Assembly (NCBI RefSeq): GCF_054482525.1
Contig: NZ_CM137006.1
Strand: one strand, 5' to 3'
Length of the DNA stretch: 64,000 bases
Shown here: piece after piece, positions 61,323-64,000 of the stretch
How the letters are laid out: every line of letters begins with the position of its first letter
How positions within the stretch are numbered: position 1 is the first letter of the stretch
The notes under the pieces: model-generated
The model's input: the letters and a program-made list of their open reading frames with translations, nothing else
Told to the model about the DNA's origin: nothing
The model's database searches: none
Made by a program: the position numbers and the translations under genes

Positions 61323-62015
61323 TCAGGTCACCCGTTTTGCCCGACTTGCCTTCGTCCATTCTGGATTTGCACAGCGCGGACATAATTGTTTTTCCCCCGC
61401 TTTCATATGAATGATTTCACTACAACGAATACAGGCATAGTCCGCCGACTCGGGTACCACTTTGTAACGCTGCGTACAATCACTGGGTAAAATAAGTAAA
61501 CCCGGTTTCACCTTGTCATCTTCAAAGAAATAGACACTGATTTGCCCGTTGGTTTCGAGAATCGCCAGACGTACCTGCCCCAGCTGCTCCACGCCACGCA
61601 ATCGTAGCTCCATAAAGAACTCAAATTCCGTCATGTTGGAGTTATTGAGTTTCGACCAGGCCAGCTCGCCATCTTCAATAATGACAACTGGCTTGCCTTC
61701 CAGAAGATCTTCCAGTTTTTCACTGTGCGCCATCAACCACATTACCAGGCGGTATAACAACGCCAGAGTAATAAAGACGATAAGTACCGGGACCATCGGC
61801 ACATCATCATAAAACGCCACATCTCCCGCCGCTGATCCCAGCGTCAGAATGATTAAAACTTCAAACAGCGACATCTGCCGCACACCGCGTCTTCCGGTCA
61901 TTTTGAGGAACAAAAAGACCAGTACAAAGGTATAAAGACTACGTAGTGCAACTTCGCCAAGGAAATCAAAAGGCACTTTATCAAATGCCATACGGTGGAG
62001 ATCGAACGCCTTCAT
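61323..62015 (-). CDS. ycaP: DUF421-family inner-membrane protein YcaP
   Basis: ORF track, 230 aa; N-terminal TM helices; C-terminal CxxC...CxxC pairs. Confidence 0.8.
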   Translation of the reverse strand: MKAFDLHRMAFDKVPFDFLGEVALRSLYTFVLVFLFLKMTGRRGVRQMSLFEVLIILTLGSAAGDVAFYDDVPMVPVLIVFITLALLYRLVMWLMAHSEKLEDLLEGKPVVIIEDGELAWSKLNNSNMTEFEFFMELRLRGVEQLGQVRLAILETNGQISVYFFEDDKVKPGLLILPSDCTQRYKVVPESADYACIRCSEIIHMKAGEKQLCPRCANPEWTKASRAKRVT

Positions 62016-62144
62016 TTTTATGCTCTTAACGTGGTTTATCCGCTAAAAGCATAGTCAACAGTTCATCGGCATGGCGGCGGTGATAGCGCCTTTGAGATAA
62101 AACCCGTATTATTGCGCGCTTTCCGTACGACTAAAGTGATTTTC

Positions 62145-63905
62145 ATGACGCAAACATTTATCCCCGGCAAAGATGCCGCTCTGGAAGATTCCATCGCTCG
62201 CTTCCAGCAAAAACTTTCAGACCTCGGCTTTCAGATTGAAGAGGCCTCCTGGCTGAATCCCGTGCCTAACGTCTGGTCTGTACATATTCGCGACAAAGAG
62301 TGCGCACTGTGTTTTACCAACGGTAAAGGCGCAACCAAAAAAGCGGCGCTGGCTTCTGCACTCGGTGAATATTTCGAGCGTCTGTCTACCAACTACTTTT
62401 TTGCTGACTTCTGGCTGGGCGAAACCATCGCCAACAGTCCATTCGTGCATTATCCCAACGAAAAATGGTTCCCACTGACCGAAAACGACGATGTACCAGA
62501 AGGGCTGCTCGATGACCGTCTGCGCGCATTTTACGATCCGGAGAATGAACTGACCGGCAGCATGCTGATTGACCTGCAATCCGGTAACGAAGATCGTGGT
62601 ATTTGCGGTCTGCCGTTTACGCGTCAGTCCGACAATCAGATCGTTTATATTCCGATGAATATCATTGGTAACCTGTACGTTTCTAACGGTATGTCCGCTG
62701 GCAATACCCGAAACGAAGCACGCGTTCAGGGGTTGTCCGAAGTTTTCGAACGCTACGTGAAAAACCGCATTATTGCTGAAAGCATCAGCTTGCCGGAAAT
62801 CCCGGCAGACGTGCTGGCGCGTTACCCAGCGGTGGTTGAAGCCATCGAAACGCTGGAAGCAGAAGGTTTCCCAATCTTTGCTTATGATGGTTCGCTTGGC
62901 GGCCAGTATCCGGTGATTTGCGTGGTACTGTTCAATCCTGCTAACGGTACCTGCTTTGCCTCTTTCGGTGCGCATCCTGATTTTGGCGTAGCACTGGAAC
63001 GTACCGTGACCGAGCTGCTGCAAGGTCGTGGCCTGAAAGATTTGGATGTGTTTACTCCGCCAACCTTCGATGATGAAGAAGTTGCTGAACATACCAACCT
63101 CGAAACGCACTTTATCGATTCCAGCGGTTTAATCTCCTGGGACCTGTTCAAGCAGGATGCCGATTATCCGTTTGTGGACTGGAATTTCTCCGGCACTACG
63201 GAAGAAGAGTTTGCTACGCTGATGGCTATCTTCAACAAAGAAGATAAAGAAGTTTATATTGCCGATTACGAGCATCTGGGCGTTTATGCTTGCCGAATTA
63301 TCGTGCCTGGCATGTCCGATATTTATCCGGCTGAAGATCTGTGGCTGGCGAATAACAGTATGGGCAGCCATTTACGTGAAACGATTCTTTCGTTACCAGG
63401 CAGCGAGTGGGAAAAAGAAGATTACCTGAACCTCATCGAGCAACTGGATGAAGAAGGTTTTGATGACTTTACCCGCGTGCGTGAGCTGTTGGGTCTGGCG
63501 ACCGGGTCGGATAACGGTTGGTACACCCTGCGTATCGGTGAATTAAAAGCCATGCTGGCGCTGGCTGGTGGCGATCTGGAACAGGCTCTGGTCTGGACCG
63601 AATGGACGATGGAGTTTAACTCATCAGTATTTAGTCCGGAACGCGCCAACTATTATCGCTGCCTGCAAACGTTGTTATTACTGGCGCAGGAAGAAGATCG
63701 CCAGCCGCTGCAATATTTGAATGCGTTTGTTCGCATGTACGGCGCAGATGCCGTGGAAGCCGCCAGTGCGGCAATGAGCGGCGAAGCGGCGTTTTATGGC
63801 TTGCAACCAGTAGATAGCGATCTGCACGCGTTTGCTGCACATCAGTCGTTGTTGAAGGCCTACGAAAAGCTGCAGCGCGCCAAAGCAGCATTCTGGGCAA
63901 AATAA
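62145..63905 (+). CDS. ycaO: YcaO-domain protein (586 aa)
   Basis: ORF-track 62112..63905 trimmed to MTQTFIPGKDAALEDSIARF; divergent from ycaP. Confidence 0.9.
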   Translation: MTQTFIPGKDAALEDSIARFQQKLSDLGFQIEEASWLNPVPNVWSVHIRDKECALCFTNGKGATKKAALASALGEYFERLSTNYFFADFWLGETIANSPFVHYPNEKWFPLTENDDVPEGLLDDRLRAFYDPENELTGSMLIDLQSGNEDRGICGLPFTRQSDNQIVYIPMNIIGNLYVSNGMSAGNTRNEARVQGLSEVFERYVKNRIIAESISLPEIPADVLARYPAVVEAIETLEAEGFPIFAYDGSLGGQYPVICVVLFNPANGTCFASFGAHPDFGVALERTVTELLQGRGLKDLDVFTPPTFDDEEVAEHTNLETHFIDSSGLISWDLFKQDADYPFVDWNFSGTTEEEFATLMAIFNKEDKEVYIADYEHLGVYACRIIVPGMSDIYPAEDLWLANNSMGSHLRETILSLPGSEWEKEDYLNLIEQLDEEGFDDFTRVRELLGLATGSDNGWYTLRIGELKAMLALAGGDLEQALVWTEWTMEFNSSVFSPERANYYRCLQTLLLLAQEEDRQPLQYLNAFVRMYGADAVEAASAAMSGEAAFYGLQPVDSDLHAFAAHQSLLKAYEKLQRAKAAFWAK

Positions 63906-63912
63906 AATCAAA

Positions 63913-63982
63913 TAGCCTACGCAATGTAGGCTTAATGATTCGTCTGAGTTATATTACGGGGCGTTTTTTTAATGCCCCGCTT
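63913..63982 (+). terminator. Hairpin structures downstream of ycaO (putative terminator)
   Basis: Stem AGCCTAC/GTAGGCT at 63913-63934 and GC stem CGGGGC/GCCCCG around a T-rich tract at 63957-63982; geometry not classical. Confidence 0.35.
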
Positions 63983-64000
63983 TACATATATTTGCATTAA

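Noticed and set aside
62217-63110. 297-aa minus-strand ORF antisense to ycaO
   Set aside because: Shadow frame within ycaO; no independent start context

Overview
This window reads as a contiguous stretch of Escherichia coli-type core chromosome, colinear with the K-12 ycaO-to-ycbZ region (about min 21-22) in inverted orientation; the calls rest on the supplied ORF track, recognisable protein motifs and gene order recalled from memory, with no database search run. It is densely coding with about 55 genes, in order: ycbZ (3' part), fabA, rmf, pqiCBA, uup, rlmL, ycbX, zapC, pyrD, the elf chaperone-usher fimbrial operon (ycbF, ycbV, ycbU, elfGCDA), ssuEADCB, pepN, pncB, asnS, ompF, aspC, gloC, mepK, ldtD, mukBEF, cmoM, elyC, ycbJ, kdsB, ycaR, ycaQ, lpxK, msbA, ycaI, ihfB, rpsA, cmk, ycaL, aroA, serC, ycaP, ycaO. 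I found no tRNA, rRNA, CRISPR array or prophage, and no convincing previously undescribed system. The one clearly accessory feature is a complete 1432-bp IS3-family insertion sequence (IS1397-like) inserted into a REP palindromic unit of the ssuB-pepN BIME, with 25-bp inverted repeats, a 4-bp target duplication and an A-AAA-AAG frameshift site. Second-tier observations are an ompF allele whose differences from the remembered K-12 protein fall in the surface loops, and several poorly characterised genes (ycaI, ycaO, ycbX, ycbJ, ycaP, ycaQ). CDS coordinates come from the ORF track, with starts moved to the conserved initiator where the track over-extends; small sites and terminators were hand-counted and may be off by 1-2 nt.
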